Positions 39,250 to 50,527 of a DNA stretch of 64,000 bases are shown one piece after another. The notes under the pieces were generated by a model. It was not told the DNA's origin, ran no database searches, and was given only the letters and a program-made list of their open reading frames with translations. The position numbers and the translations under genes are program-made. The DNA is from Paraphysomonas bandaiensis (lineage: Eukaryota > Protista > Chrysophyceae). Within the stretch, counting starts at the first letter, position 1; each line of letters opens with the position of its first letter. Location of the stretch: the NCBI GenBank assembly GCA_965644295.1, contig CBFFRP010000073.1, positions 50,839 to 114,838 on the forward strand, written 5' to 3'.

Positions 39250-41620
39250 CTTCACTCATATACTGCTTTCACTTGAACAGAGCTCTTCCTCACTGGGGAG
39301 CTGCTAACTTGAAATCGTGAACGCTTCTTCTTATGGACAACCTTTCGACGAACAGTTCTACGCAACTCAAAATCACTGCCATCATAGGACACATCAGACA
39401 ATACAACGGTCAAGATTGAGTGGGTCACGACGCCCTCCAGGAGTAGCCACATTCATCAACAATGACGCCATCGCCCTGTCCCCCAATGCAATCAACAAGT
39501 GCATTTATCTCCCCATGTGCAATCCAATCTTCCGCTACCACATTCTCAAATGAATTCATGGGGTCATCGCCTGGATGCAACCTGACCACTCCGCTTATTC
39601 CTCCAGTAAATCCTCTTGCCTCCACCTCGGATATTAATCATATGTCCTTGACGAACGAATCGGGATGCCATATCCGTTGGGGACTCTCTCCCCACAACTC
39701 AAAATTCCGACCTCATGTGCAGCCAGCTTTTTCCTTCTCTTCCACTTCCTGAAGACCTGAACTTATACCGGGAGAGCGTTCCTATTCACAACTTCTCCGT
39801 TAATCATACAGCGCTCAACACGCACACTGAGATCAACGTGGTTATCTGAACGCTTAAAGCCCCATCAACTCCATCGAACACAGCCCGTGGCGCACATCCA
39901 CTGAAGATCGCTGGCTATACAGCGATCACTCAAGGGAACAACCTCCACAGGTTCCGTAGTTTCCCTTGAGAAAAGGATATCACCAAGTAAGTGGTATTCG
40001 AAGACGGTGGTGATATATTCTGCTACCGTATCTACACGTAGAATTCTGACCTTGCCCACTCGTTCCCCATTCGCGGAGAGCAGATAGATGTTTCCTTGGA
40101 ACTCTATTCGGCATTCGTATAACACCGCATCTATCACTCCTCTGGACCCTTCATTAAAAGAGTAAGGGTCAGGAGGTTGAGAGGGCTATGACGATAGAAT
40201 TACCATCCATCCATGTAAATACCTTGGTCGATATCCTTCATCGGGTTATCGGAAACATCCGCGGACTTGGCATATCGTTTGGAAGAGTCGGAAATGATCT
40301 GACCTACGTCGTCTGCGCAGTATGCGCGGTAAAACACCCGTACGCCTTTGCTTAAGCACACTGTAGCAAGGGCCAGCGCCTCAAACGTCCACTGAAGTAG
40401 CGCCTTCTCACCTATGATACGGGCATTTACGAGAGGGTCGACGTGATGTCGAGGGCTTCTTATAATCTGGAATGGCAAAGAGATCTTAAAGCACACGTGG
40501 GGTCTTATTCGTCGACAAAGCTTTCTCAATCTTAGCTTTATACTGTTGAGGGGTATATATACATACTTCGATTGAATTGCTTTTCACAACAACATTCCAA
40601 ACTTGGGAGTCGATATCCTCCTGAGTGTGTCCTACCATCAGCCTGGTAAGAACAAATCGCTTGCACAGACGCCTTCTTGCTGCAATCAACTCGTACAAGG
40701 CAAACCAATCGAATAGTCTTCTCCATGGTGTCCAAGAGACAATACATCGCAACATTTGCACAATTATTAATTGTATGAAATGTACGATACAGTATATAAT
40801 ACTACCACGGTTGCGGTTAAAACGCCTTGAAGGTGTGCTGGGGCATGCTTTCCATGGTGAAAAGCATGCATCATCGTGATTTATTTTCCCTATCCATATG
40901 TGACTTATGGGTTCGTCGAAAAGTGTACTAAGAGCAGCATAGCATTGACATTTTCCTATCACTCCCTCATTACTACGTAGAGGATGCAGTGAACCCAGAG
41001 ACGCAAATTGCTCCACAGATATTGCTCCACGTCCACATTAGTCAGATCGTTAATATACTTGTGGTGGACCTCCTTAATATATCGAGGTTCGAGATGAATA
41101 TCCCCACCAAGATGGGGTTGATAGTCACCCACTACGTGAAAGTGATCAATCATCCAACCATACGCAGATAATACCACGGGGCTTTTGGGGAGAGCTCTGT
41201 TGCTGCTACCTCTTTCTGCGTTAAATGAATTCCAAATGACTTTTTGCAAGACCAGCGAGAAGAGCAGAAGCAACTTGGCTACAGGCATTCAACTTCGCCT
41301 CGGTGTTAGTTGAGCCACCCTTCATATCATTGATAACACTGCCAACATGAGAAAAGGACACAGCGTACACATTGCAGAAACAGTCCTGTAAATAAAGAAC
41401 CTAAACTTAACTCATAATTCGTCCATAACTATATACCTTGCAGACACCACTGATTCTTGTAATCATTCTGTCCACTACCTTCCAATCAATCCATGCAATT
41501 TGAAAGAAGACTACGAATGAGTTTTTTCTCCCGACGATTCATAAAATCACTCTCGTGGATACAGTCGAAAGCCAAATCCACAGCTGCATCATATTCCACG
41601 CAAAAGGCATATATCATTGC
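39250..41620 (-). pseudogene. Decayed transposase of the inner element (GHTxEDID type; Sola-like / DUF7869-like, tentative)
   Basis: ELIAARRRLCKRFVLTRLMVGHTQEDIDSQ...IYTPQQY; LQWTFEA...KGVRVFYRAY; several frameshifted fragments. Confidence 0.65.
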
Positions 41621-41757
41621 AACATGTCGGCCTCACAATCACATCAGGATACTTCTTCAGTTCAAAACGATCTACGATACACAATAATTTTAGTTCCATC
41701 GAATGAGGCAAAATACATATATACTGTATGTTCAATTTACTACATATATAATATACA

Positions 41758-43117
41758 TATCAAACAAACTGATGTGGACATATATGCCATGTGGGGCGCG
41801 GGTCCAGGGCGCTCAACCTTTCTATGACCACCGAATTTGCTCTAGAAAGGAGCTACCCTAGCGAGCGGCATCAGCCACAGCATTGCTGCTATGTAAGTCA
41901 TAGTGGGAGCTCTCATGGGCCAGGGAATTACACCCCGTTAAACTCTATATACCATAAGGTCTACAGAGTAAGCCCTCGCAGTGGACTCGCACCACTTTAA
42001 GCACATGCCGAGCAAGGCCGCGCAAACTAGTACCCCTTCTCTACGTCTACCCCAGCATATACGAGCATACAGTATACTACTACATGATACATGATGTATG
42101 TATATATCAAACAAACTGATGTGGACATATATGCCATGTGGGGCGCGGGTCCAGGGCGCTCAACCTTTCTATGACCACCGAATTTGCTCTAGAAAGGAGC
42201 TACCCTAGCGAGCGGCATCAGCCACAGCATTGCTGCTATGTAAGTCATAGTGGGAGCTCTCATGGGCCAGGGAATTACACCCCGTTAAACTCTATATACC
42301 ATAAGGTCTACAGAGTAAGCCCTCGCAGTGGACTCGCACCACTTTAAGCACATGCCGAGCAAGGCCGCGCAAACTAGTACCCCTTCTCTACGTCTACCCC
42401 AGCATATACGAGCATACAGTATACTACTACATGATACATGATGTATGTATATATCAAACAAACTGATGTAGACATATATGCCATGTGGGGCGCGGGTCCA
42501 GGGCGCTCAACCTTTCTATGACCACCGAATTTGCTCTAGAAAGGAGCTACCCTAGCGAGCGGCATCAGCCACAGCATTGCTGCTATGTAAGTCATAGTGG
42601 GAGCTCTCATGGGCCAGGGAATTACACCCCGTTAAACTCTATATACCATAAGGTCTACAGAGTAAGCCCTCGCAGTGGACTCGCACCACTTTAAGCACAT
42701 GCCGAGCAAGGCCGCGCAAACTAGTACCCCTTCTCTACGTCTACCCCAGCATATACGAGCATACAGTATACTACTACATGATACATGATGTATGTATATA
42801 TCAAACAAACTGATGTGGACATATATGCCATGTGGGGCGCGGGTCCAGGGCGCTCAACCTTTCTATGACCACCGAATTTGCTCTAGAAAGGAGCTACCCT
42901 AGCGAGCGGCATCAGCCACAGCATTGCTGCTATGTAAGTCATAGTGGGAGCTCTCATGGGCCAGGGAATTACACCCCGTTAAACTCTATATACCATAAGG
43001 TCTACAGAGTAAGCCCTCGCAGTGGACTCGCACCACTTTAAGCACATGCCGAGCAAGGCCGCGCAAACTAGTACCCCTTCTCTACGTCTACCCCAGCATA
43101 TACGAGCATACAGTATG
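41758..43117 (-). repeat. Tandem array of about 3.9 near-identical 347-bp units; candidate structured ncRNA on the minus strand
   Basis: Period 347 (identical ORF calls at 41791/42138/42485/42832); one substitution noticed (about 42469); multiple hairpins. Confidence 0.95.
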
Positions 43118-44744
43118 CTATATATATACATGTATATCTAACTCTCAGTCATGAAGACACTCAGCTACACTATAAGCATACAGCACACCAGCGGCACCAC
43201 TAACCTGTGAGTGACACATACTTGGAACGTGAAGAAGTCATAACCAAACTCTACCTCATCATAAGGGACAATCAGATTGTGTGTGTGTGTGTGCTGACAG
43301 CTCTGCGGAATATATTTGAATTATCTCACTGCGAGTAACACACACACACCTACATATATACATACATACATCCACATGTCCAAGTCTCTATTTTTGATGT
43401 GTGCATGTTTTCATACGAAAACCGTGACCCTCATCATCACCACGCATGACCCTCATCACCGTACTGTATACGTATATACGCAAAATACCATATCTAATTT
43501 TGAATGTAGACATCATGGTCACACATACATGCATATACATATATAGACATGTAGACATGGACATAATGATGCGCATTAAGACGCACTGTGCCAGAGTATG
43601 ATATAGTAATATCATGACTGATTTAGATGCATTGCAAGGTATGGTTCAGGATACAACAGGGGACCTGAGTGAGAGCGATACGGGTGACGTCGCCATCACT
43701 GCACCCTGTACAGATGTATGCACCCCATCTCCATCTGCCACATGTGCGGGTTGAGGTGGTTGTGACAAGGAGTTCCCGATTGATGAGAAGGGCTCCGATT
43801 TTTATCATGGAGTGCTATGTGGCGCATGTAATTGGATGTAATCATATGTACCCCACATCACACATATATACAGAGAGTGTACATGTTGTCACGTTCGTAG
43901 TATTCATCGAAGGTTCTAATCTTGGAGATGCTCTTCAGTCTGACCTCACTACTGGTGATGGCACCCCTCTTTCACAACTTCCCTCTAGTCCCGTGACGTA
44001 TTACTACGTAGAAGATTACTGTTTTGATGATGATGACCCTGGTCATACTCTACCAAAGGTGACGACCCTCTTACTCCTCTGTCTCAGCCCGTTGCATATG
44101 AGGAGGTGAGTTCCCGTAGTATATATTAGTGATTCAATTTACTCCTTCTTACTATTTTCGGACAGTTGCTCCCCGGTTAATGGTTCTTTGAGGAGTAAGT
44201 TATTACATGTATACCCCTCTTTCACTTATGTACCATGCTGGTAGTATTAATACCGGTCAGTGTAGTTGTTGTGCTTGGTGTAAGTTTTTAAATGTTTTTT
44301 ACTTATATTGTCGCTGTATTACTTAGTTAATATTGTACATGTTTTATATTGATGAGGCTATTTCGATACTTACAGACGCAGTAATAACAATTTCGTTGTG
44401 CTGAGCACTGTCCTGAAATCATTCTTGGAATATTGTTATTTTTTTAATAAAATAACAATAAGAATAGTATTGTATAGCTACTATAATATTATTACACAGT
44501 TTTAATAATATTAGATTAATGAAAACGATAAGTATAGGATAGGGTACAAAGGGGTCCAAAACGTGGGAAAAAATTTTTCCCACGTTTGTCTTAAGGTTGC
44601 TTCTAGTAGGTGGAGGATCATAAGCAGGTGGAGGATCATCATTTTTTCTCATTAAAAGATCACGAAGTTCTGCTAGTCCGGACATCATTTCCTGACGAAG
44701 TTCAGCAACAGCGGGAGGTATCAGATCTGCTTTCTGCTGAGATT

Positions 44745-45418
44745 CGACGACCCCGTCACCATCTTCATGAACAGTACTACTGTCCCTGCTCGTGCGCTTT
44801 CGTGGTACCTCTTCCTCCGAGTCGTCGTTGGATATGTCGCCACGAATTTCGACCACATTCTTCTTCCCTTTGTACTTCTCCTACACCATTATACTACACA
44901 GTTAGTACAGTGTATAGTAACAACGCACAACAATAATCAGAACAATACCGCATATATACGTACGACGACCCCGTCACCTTCTTCATGAACAGTACTACTT
45001 ACCCTGCTCGTGCGCTTTCGTGGTACCTCCGAGTCGTCGTTGGATATGTCGCCACGAATTTCGACGACATTCTTCTTCCCATTGCACTACACACAGCAGT
45101 TAGTACATGTATAGTAACAGCACACAACAATAATCAGAACAATACCGCATATATACGTACGACGACCCCGTCACCTTCTTCATGAACAGTACTACTTACC
45201 CTGCTCGTGCGCTTTCGTGGTACCTCCGAGTCGTCGTTGGATATGTCGCCACGAATTTCGACGACATTCTTCTTCCCATTGCACTACACACAGCAGTTAG
45301 TACATGTATAGTAACAGCACACAACAATAATCAGAACAATACCGCATATATACGTACGACGACCCCGTCACCTTCTTCATGAACAGTACTACTTACCCTG
45401 CTCGTGCGCTTTCGTGGT
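44745..45418 (-). repeat. Tandem 197-bp repeat (about 3.3 units) = 123-nt exon + 74-nt intron
   Basis: Period 197 (44985/45182/45379; first unit 218); minus strand GTACGT...TACTAAC...TGTAG introns at 45160-45087 and 45357-45284. Confidence 0.85.
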
Positions 45419-45437
45419 GGAACAGGTGTATCAGAAA

Positions 45438-46072
45438 TGCATGTTGAAGCACGTGAACGGGGAACAAGAAGTCTTTGTGGCCGTCCAGGTATAAGGACGG
45501 TTAGAGCACAACCCACTGTTCAATACAGCGGGCACAACTCAGCTGCAATTAAGCGCATCCCTCCACGATTAGTTATTCCAGAGTCAGATGGATCTTTACC
45601 TGACGAACCGAGAGGTGTGCTCAATGCACCGTACATTGGACGAGAAGCACGACGTGAGGTCAACAGGAAGAATGCTGCTGCTAGGAAGAGGGAGGAGCAG
45701 GAGCGTATCAATGCAACCCGTTTAACAGAAAGTGATTCTGAGGCTGAAGAACAAGTATCAGACCCAGAATCAGATTGTCATCGTTCGTCACCAACATTCG
45801 CAGTTGGTGAACTAGTTTCTAACATACACAATTTAAGAGGTATTATTTCTGAGGTAAGCAGCGACATGTATGTGTAACACATATATTTAATCAATAAATG
45901 TAAGAGATATATATACTCAGGTACATAGCGACAATACTTACGATATCAAATATAATGATGGACAGTATGACAACAACCTAGCGGCAAGTTACTTGAGGCA
46001 CATAAAAGGTTAGTATATGTAATAATATGATTATTATGTAAACGTTATAATATATTATATATTATACAGTAA
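45438..46072 (+). CDS. Transposon-borne gene fragment with C-terminal Tudor-like barrel, spliced
   Basis: FAVGELVSNIHNLRGIISE|VHSDNTYDIKYNDGQYDNNLAASYLR across a GTAAGC...CAG intron; second copy at 28730-28920. Confidence 0.5.
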
Positions 46073-46628
46073 CTTCGTCAAAGAAAAGGACTAAAAAACA
46101 GCAATGGGAAATAGTGACAGAGCCTACAACCGAATGGGTGGATCAAGGCGCTCTCTCATCTGAGAATGTTGTGACCGGAAAACGTCGACGTAGTAGTGGG
46201 GTATCGTACAAAGAATAGCTTTATATTATGCTTGAACTGTATAATATATGTGTGTAGTCGGTGACTTTTATTGCTGTAAAACTGAAGTAATATGGAAGAA
46301 ATTAGTAAAAAATATTATAAATAATACTTTTCACACTGTTATTAACTTCATAGTTACTTATTGTGCATAGTTATACCCTTTTCCGACCATCACCAAAAAT
46401 TTCACCAGGTTTTACATCAAAACCCAGGTTTTGGTATTACCTCGACTTCTAGCCACTATATTGGTACAGGTTTTTAACGCCTATTGCTAAATAAAAAGAC
46501 TTTCAATATACCGTTCAGAATGTAAGTTACTTATACGCAGATATTAATCACAGTCCTTAAAGTTTTTTAAGTTCGAATCCTAATATGTCCTTATACAAAA
46601 TAGTAAATAATTGCCAATTAATTACAAC

Positions 46629-47892
46629 CAGGGCTAGGAAACAATATATTGCAATACTATTGTAAGTTAGCGTTCTATCAATACTATTGATGGAGATTTT
46701 AAGCAGACTCAACAATACAATTACAATATATTGCAATATATTGTCAATATATTGCAATATATTAGTATGACTAAGCAGTAAGTAAACACACCCGTAGATT
46801 CCATATTTAGTATTAGTCATTAAGATCTTATGACAACCAAACCCACAACTGCTTATAGCTACTAAAAATCCACCTCGTTCTCATCCTCTGAGCCATCATC
46901 GCTGACGTCAACATCACCATATTCATCCAAAATTAGTTCTGAGGCTGCTTAAACTTCCCCATGAGTAGGTCTACGTGCCGAATGAGAGGTCTAATGCCTT
47001 GGTCAGGTCTTGTCACAACTCCTTCCTTATTTCGCTTCTCTTTGCTCCCGAGGAGTTCATTGACCGCAAGGTCGATGAGATGACATCCAACTAGGGGCAC
47101 ACCTATACACTATTGAAAAGTTATAACAGACGACGGTTTTACTCAAACAAAGGTATTACCGGAATCGTTTGCCAGCTTTCTGTTTGTAACGCAGTTGTTC
47201 CCAATGCAAAACTCAACAATAATGCAAACATTATCAGCATTAATCACTCTACCCACTCTCAAAAATGTTTTTGATTTGCCCGAAGGTTGGAAAACAAAAG
47301 CATCCATGGGACCATTGGTGCAGACAACCCGGAAAATACTTCTTCATGGAATCTTCCCACTCACCGTCATACATGTGACGATGTGTGGTTCTTCAAGCTG
47401 TTGTAGCCATTCGATATCTTCTGTACTCGTATGCGCCCACAGACTTTTCATTCATGCTTGTTTGGTTCACCTTCAACCGAACTCCAAAAACAGCGGTAGA
47501 TATCTCTACTTTTGTATGCATTCATCGTTCAGATGTCTCTTCTTGTCAATATAGGATATATATACTATATTAAGAGGTACTGTACATACATGTAGAGAGG
47601 TGGAGAGTGCTGTTTGAGCTGGCGATACATAAAAAATAGAAAATAACATCAAAAATAGGCTTTTTTTCTTATTTTCCGGATATTTGTATACATGGACTTG
47701 GATTTTTTACCCTACAGTTAAGGATCTTCTCTTACATGACTATCATAATATTGATTGCAATATATTGTGAGCCACTTTAACAGAAACAATATTGATGGGA
47801 TTTTTGGCCGGTCGAACAATCAATATATTTTACAATATATTGCAATATATTGTACAATGTATTGCAATTCAATATATTGTTTCCTAGCCCTG
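46629..47892 (-). mobile_element. Non-autonomous hAT (family hAT-A), second deletion derivative
   Basis: Perfect TIR CAGGGCTAGGAAACAATATATTG; 8-bp TSD ATTACAAC; BED-finger-like remnant KVCGRIRVQKISNGYNSLKNH; arms homologous to 1744-2496; inserted in a hAT-B-like end terminating at about 48016. Confidence 0.92.
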
Positions 47893-48234
47893 ATTACAAC
47901 CTACCTGCGAGCAATTATATTGCAATTATTACGTATATTTCATGCAATTTAAATGGAATTACGATTTATTGCAATTCAATTTATTGTTGCGCAGCCCAGA
48001 TTGATACGCAGCCCTGGTACTGTATGTATGTTGATCTTGCAACTGGTGTAACATTCCTATATTCTATATGGACTACTTCAGGGATCATACATGTGTAGCA
48101 CGGCGAAACCAGGCCAACATTATATACAAAGTTATTGTCGATAGGGAATACGTAACAGAAATTCTACGAGGAAAGTATCAATCAACACGAAACAACACAG
48201 TGACTGTAACACAAAAAAATATATGCATATGCAA

Positions 48235-49991
48235 TCAATACTTCATCCCATCAGTCTCCTCGCTGTCAGAATCGTCAACCTGGCCCTCTGTTCTATCAAG
48301 AAGTTCCTCAGCAATAATATCAACAATATCGATAGGATCCTATAACACACATACAAACAGATGTTAGATTGCAGCCCACAGTGCCGTTGGCCCTCCTACC
48401 AACTCCGTTATCCTGGCTTGAACGCGCAGCATTGCATCGGCCATCATCTGTGCTTCAGTGGGTCCAGTATATGGCACTGCGATCTTAGGTAAGGAGGTTG
48501 TGGAAGTGTTCACAGTTGCAGTGTCCGGGGCAATAGAAGCAGCCCTAAATTTCATCATATAAGATAGAAAACAACACAGCTACACTGCACCTCTTTTCCT
48601 CTTCCATCCGACTTTTAAGAGTATTATATCTAGAGCTTTCGATGAGTCGCTTTTCTTTTTCCTCATTTAACTGTGCCGTGAGTACGGTTAATTTCTCTCG
48701 CAACATTTCAGCTTCACTCCGAGCCTGCAGTAGCTCCTTTGCTGTCCGGCTCGCAGCAGCAGCAGCCTGTGCATGGTGAGATAAAAGAGCCCCTTTCCAT
48801 ATATTGAATGCCTGAGCTACCCGACCCTGTGTGGCTGCACACCAACGTTAAAATTCGAGGTATGTACACGCGGTAAAAAGGACTCACACTTGTTCTGCAT
48901 GCGAGTGAGCATACCAAGGGCGGCTTCAACTCCCCTAGATAGCGAGGAAGGAGGCTCATCGACAGTCGGTGCAGGGGGGGTGTTGACACCAACTGTCCTA
49001 CACTCAGGCTTGGGAAGGACAGGTTTGGTACCGAGTGGGGCTGCCTTGGTCTCGTACTCAGATCGCTGGATCTCCAGATCATGCAGCCTATCCTGCAGCT
49101 CCCGCTCTCCCTCCCGTAGCTGCATAAATACAACCATCATAAGTAATTCGAAACTCAACCGTGTACCTTTTGTTCTCTGGCCGCTAATTTCCGCAGTCTT
49201 GCCTCCGCCTCCGCCCTCTCATGCTTCCTAGAGGCCTCGTAATCTCCAACCCTTTCCTTTTCACCCCGTTGGCCTCTGTCAACCACATCCTCCAGACGAC
49301 GAGCCAGTTGATCCATACATGCACTTAATTGCTCCTCCACGCTTCTTTCCCCACCACTAGCAGTGGGACGGGATGCAATCCGGTCAAGCTCTCGGGAAAG
49401 TGCTGATCGCTGCTCTTCCATCATCTCCCGCACAAATTCTCTGGTCTGTCGCTCATGGCGCAACATCGATTCCACTATAGGCGCAACAGCATTCTCTGTA
49501 CTGGGTTGTTGTTGCTGCTGCAATGTGGGGCGGGAATCCAAGGCGTTAAAAGCCCTGGGTGGAGCCTCTACATATCCCTCTCCTTTGTGAACCAAGTCTT
49601 TATATTTCTCGAGCGATGTCTTTAAAACAGATAACTGTCGACGATATATACGAAGGTCTTCCCTGCATGATTCATTCTTAGCAACTAGCTCTTTATTCTT
49701 TCGCTTCAGTGCACTGTTCCGAGCATGCATCTCGCGAATAAGCTGCAACTGTGACTCCTGACAGTATAACAGATACTCGAGCATCAGTTGCATTAGATGA
49801 ATTAATTTTTTGGTATCTTGAATTGATGAGGACTTAATATCTGCACTCTTTATCTCACAAAAAGTAACATCATCAACAATAGATTGCAGCTCCTCTATTT
49901 GATTATCATCCACCACTGTTTCAATATCTACTGACGTAATAGCCTTCCAATTAACATGACCTACTCGCTGTCGAAACGCAAACGGCTTCAT
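48235..49991 (-). CDS. DZIP1/Iguana-like ciliary coiled-coil protein (Dzip-like N-terminal domain), about 5 exons
   Basis: FAFRQRVGHVNWKAITSVDIETVV....IEELQSIVDDVTFC...KLIHLMQLMLEYLLYCQE followed by coiled coil; last exon DPIDIV...GMKY*. Confidence 0.85.
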
Positions 49992-50527
49992 GCTAGCTAC
50001 GAACTTTCTTGCGACGTGCTGCTAACTATCAAATAGTGAGTGTCATATTGCATACACTTGAAACAGTATCAATGATGCTATATAAGTGTGCCTCAACAAC
50101 ACCAGTGCAGTTGGAGTGGGAAATTTCAAATTTCTCTGTACAACTGTATCTAATACAGTGGAATACAGAGAGTACAGTAGATCGTAATTGCAACTTCCCT
50201 GTACTCCTGCAGTATTCTTTATGGACACTACTGTGGACCATCAACGTGCAGTGTCCTTCTCTCTCCATCCATTTATGAATTTTTGTACACATATATGCAG
50301 GAGCTGCCCCAGGCATCACACTTCTCCATACTTCATGTCTGATACACGTATTATATATATATATATATATACATCCCATTGGGTTCGTCTAATTCCTTAT
50401 ATATATCCATCCACCCATCACAACTTAGACCTACATATATATACTCGTACTACATACACTCATATCACGTGTAGACACCAACACACCACCCTATCACCCA
50501 CCTAACTATTCATCTCCTTTACTCTCA

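Larger units (their letters stand above)
38688..44602. mobile_element. Inner TIR DNA transposon, AAG...CTT termini, 3-bp TSD CTA
   Basis: 30-bp perfect TIR AAGCAACCTTAAGACAAACGTGGGAAAAAT; CTA on both flanks; excision restores an ORF of the outer element. Confidence 0.9.
38318..46448. mobile_element. Outer TIR DNA transposon, AAG...CTT termini, 3-bp TSD CTA
   Basis: TIR AAGTCGAGGTAATACCAAAACCTGG at both ends; CTA on both flanks; empty site CAACTAGTC present in the paralogous repeat at about 54392-54400. Confidence 0.9.

Noticed and set aside
42001-42031. Helitron 3' end (hairpin + CTAGT) explaining the 347-bp array as a rolling-circle concatemer
   Set aside because: Array boundaries fall in TA-rich spacers rather than at CTAG|TC, and the hairpin pairs well only on the opposite strand; not fully excluded.
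41791-43041. Four identical 69-aa ORFs MGRGSRALN...
   Set aside because: Non-ATG starts and a by-product of the 347-bp repeat; no domain signal.
41758-43117. CRISPR array, 5S/SL/snRNA cluster or group II intron
   Set aside because: No short repeat/unique spacer pattern and no recognisable 5S or snRNA motifs. A TTGCG start and T-loop recall group II domain I, but no domain V is present.
48341-48385. Possible GC-AG intron in the DZIP1-like gene
   Set aside because: A canonical in-phase GT donor 15 nt upstream gives a normal 60-nt intron.
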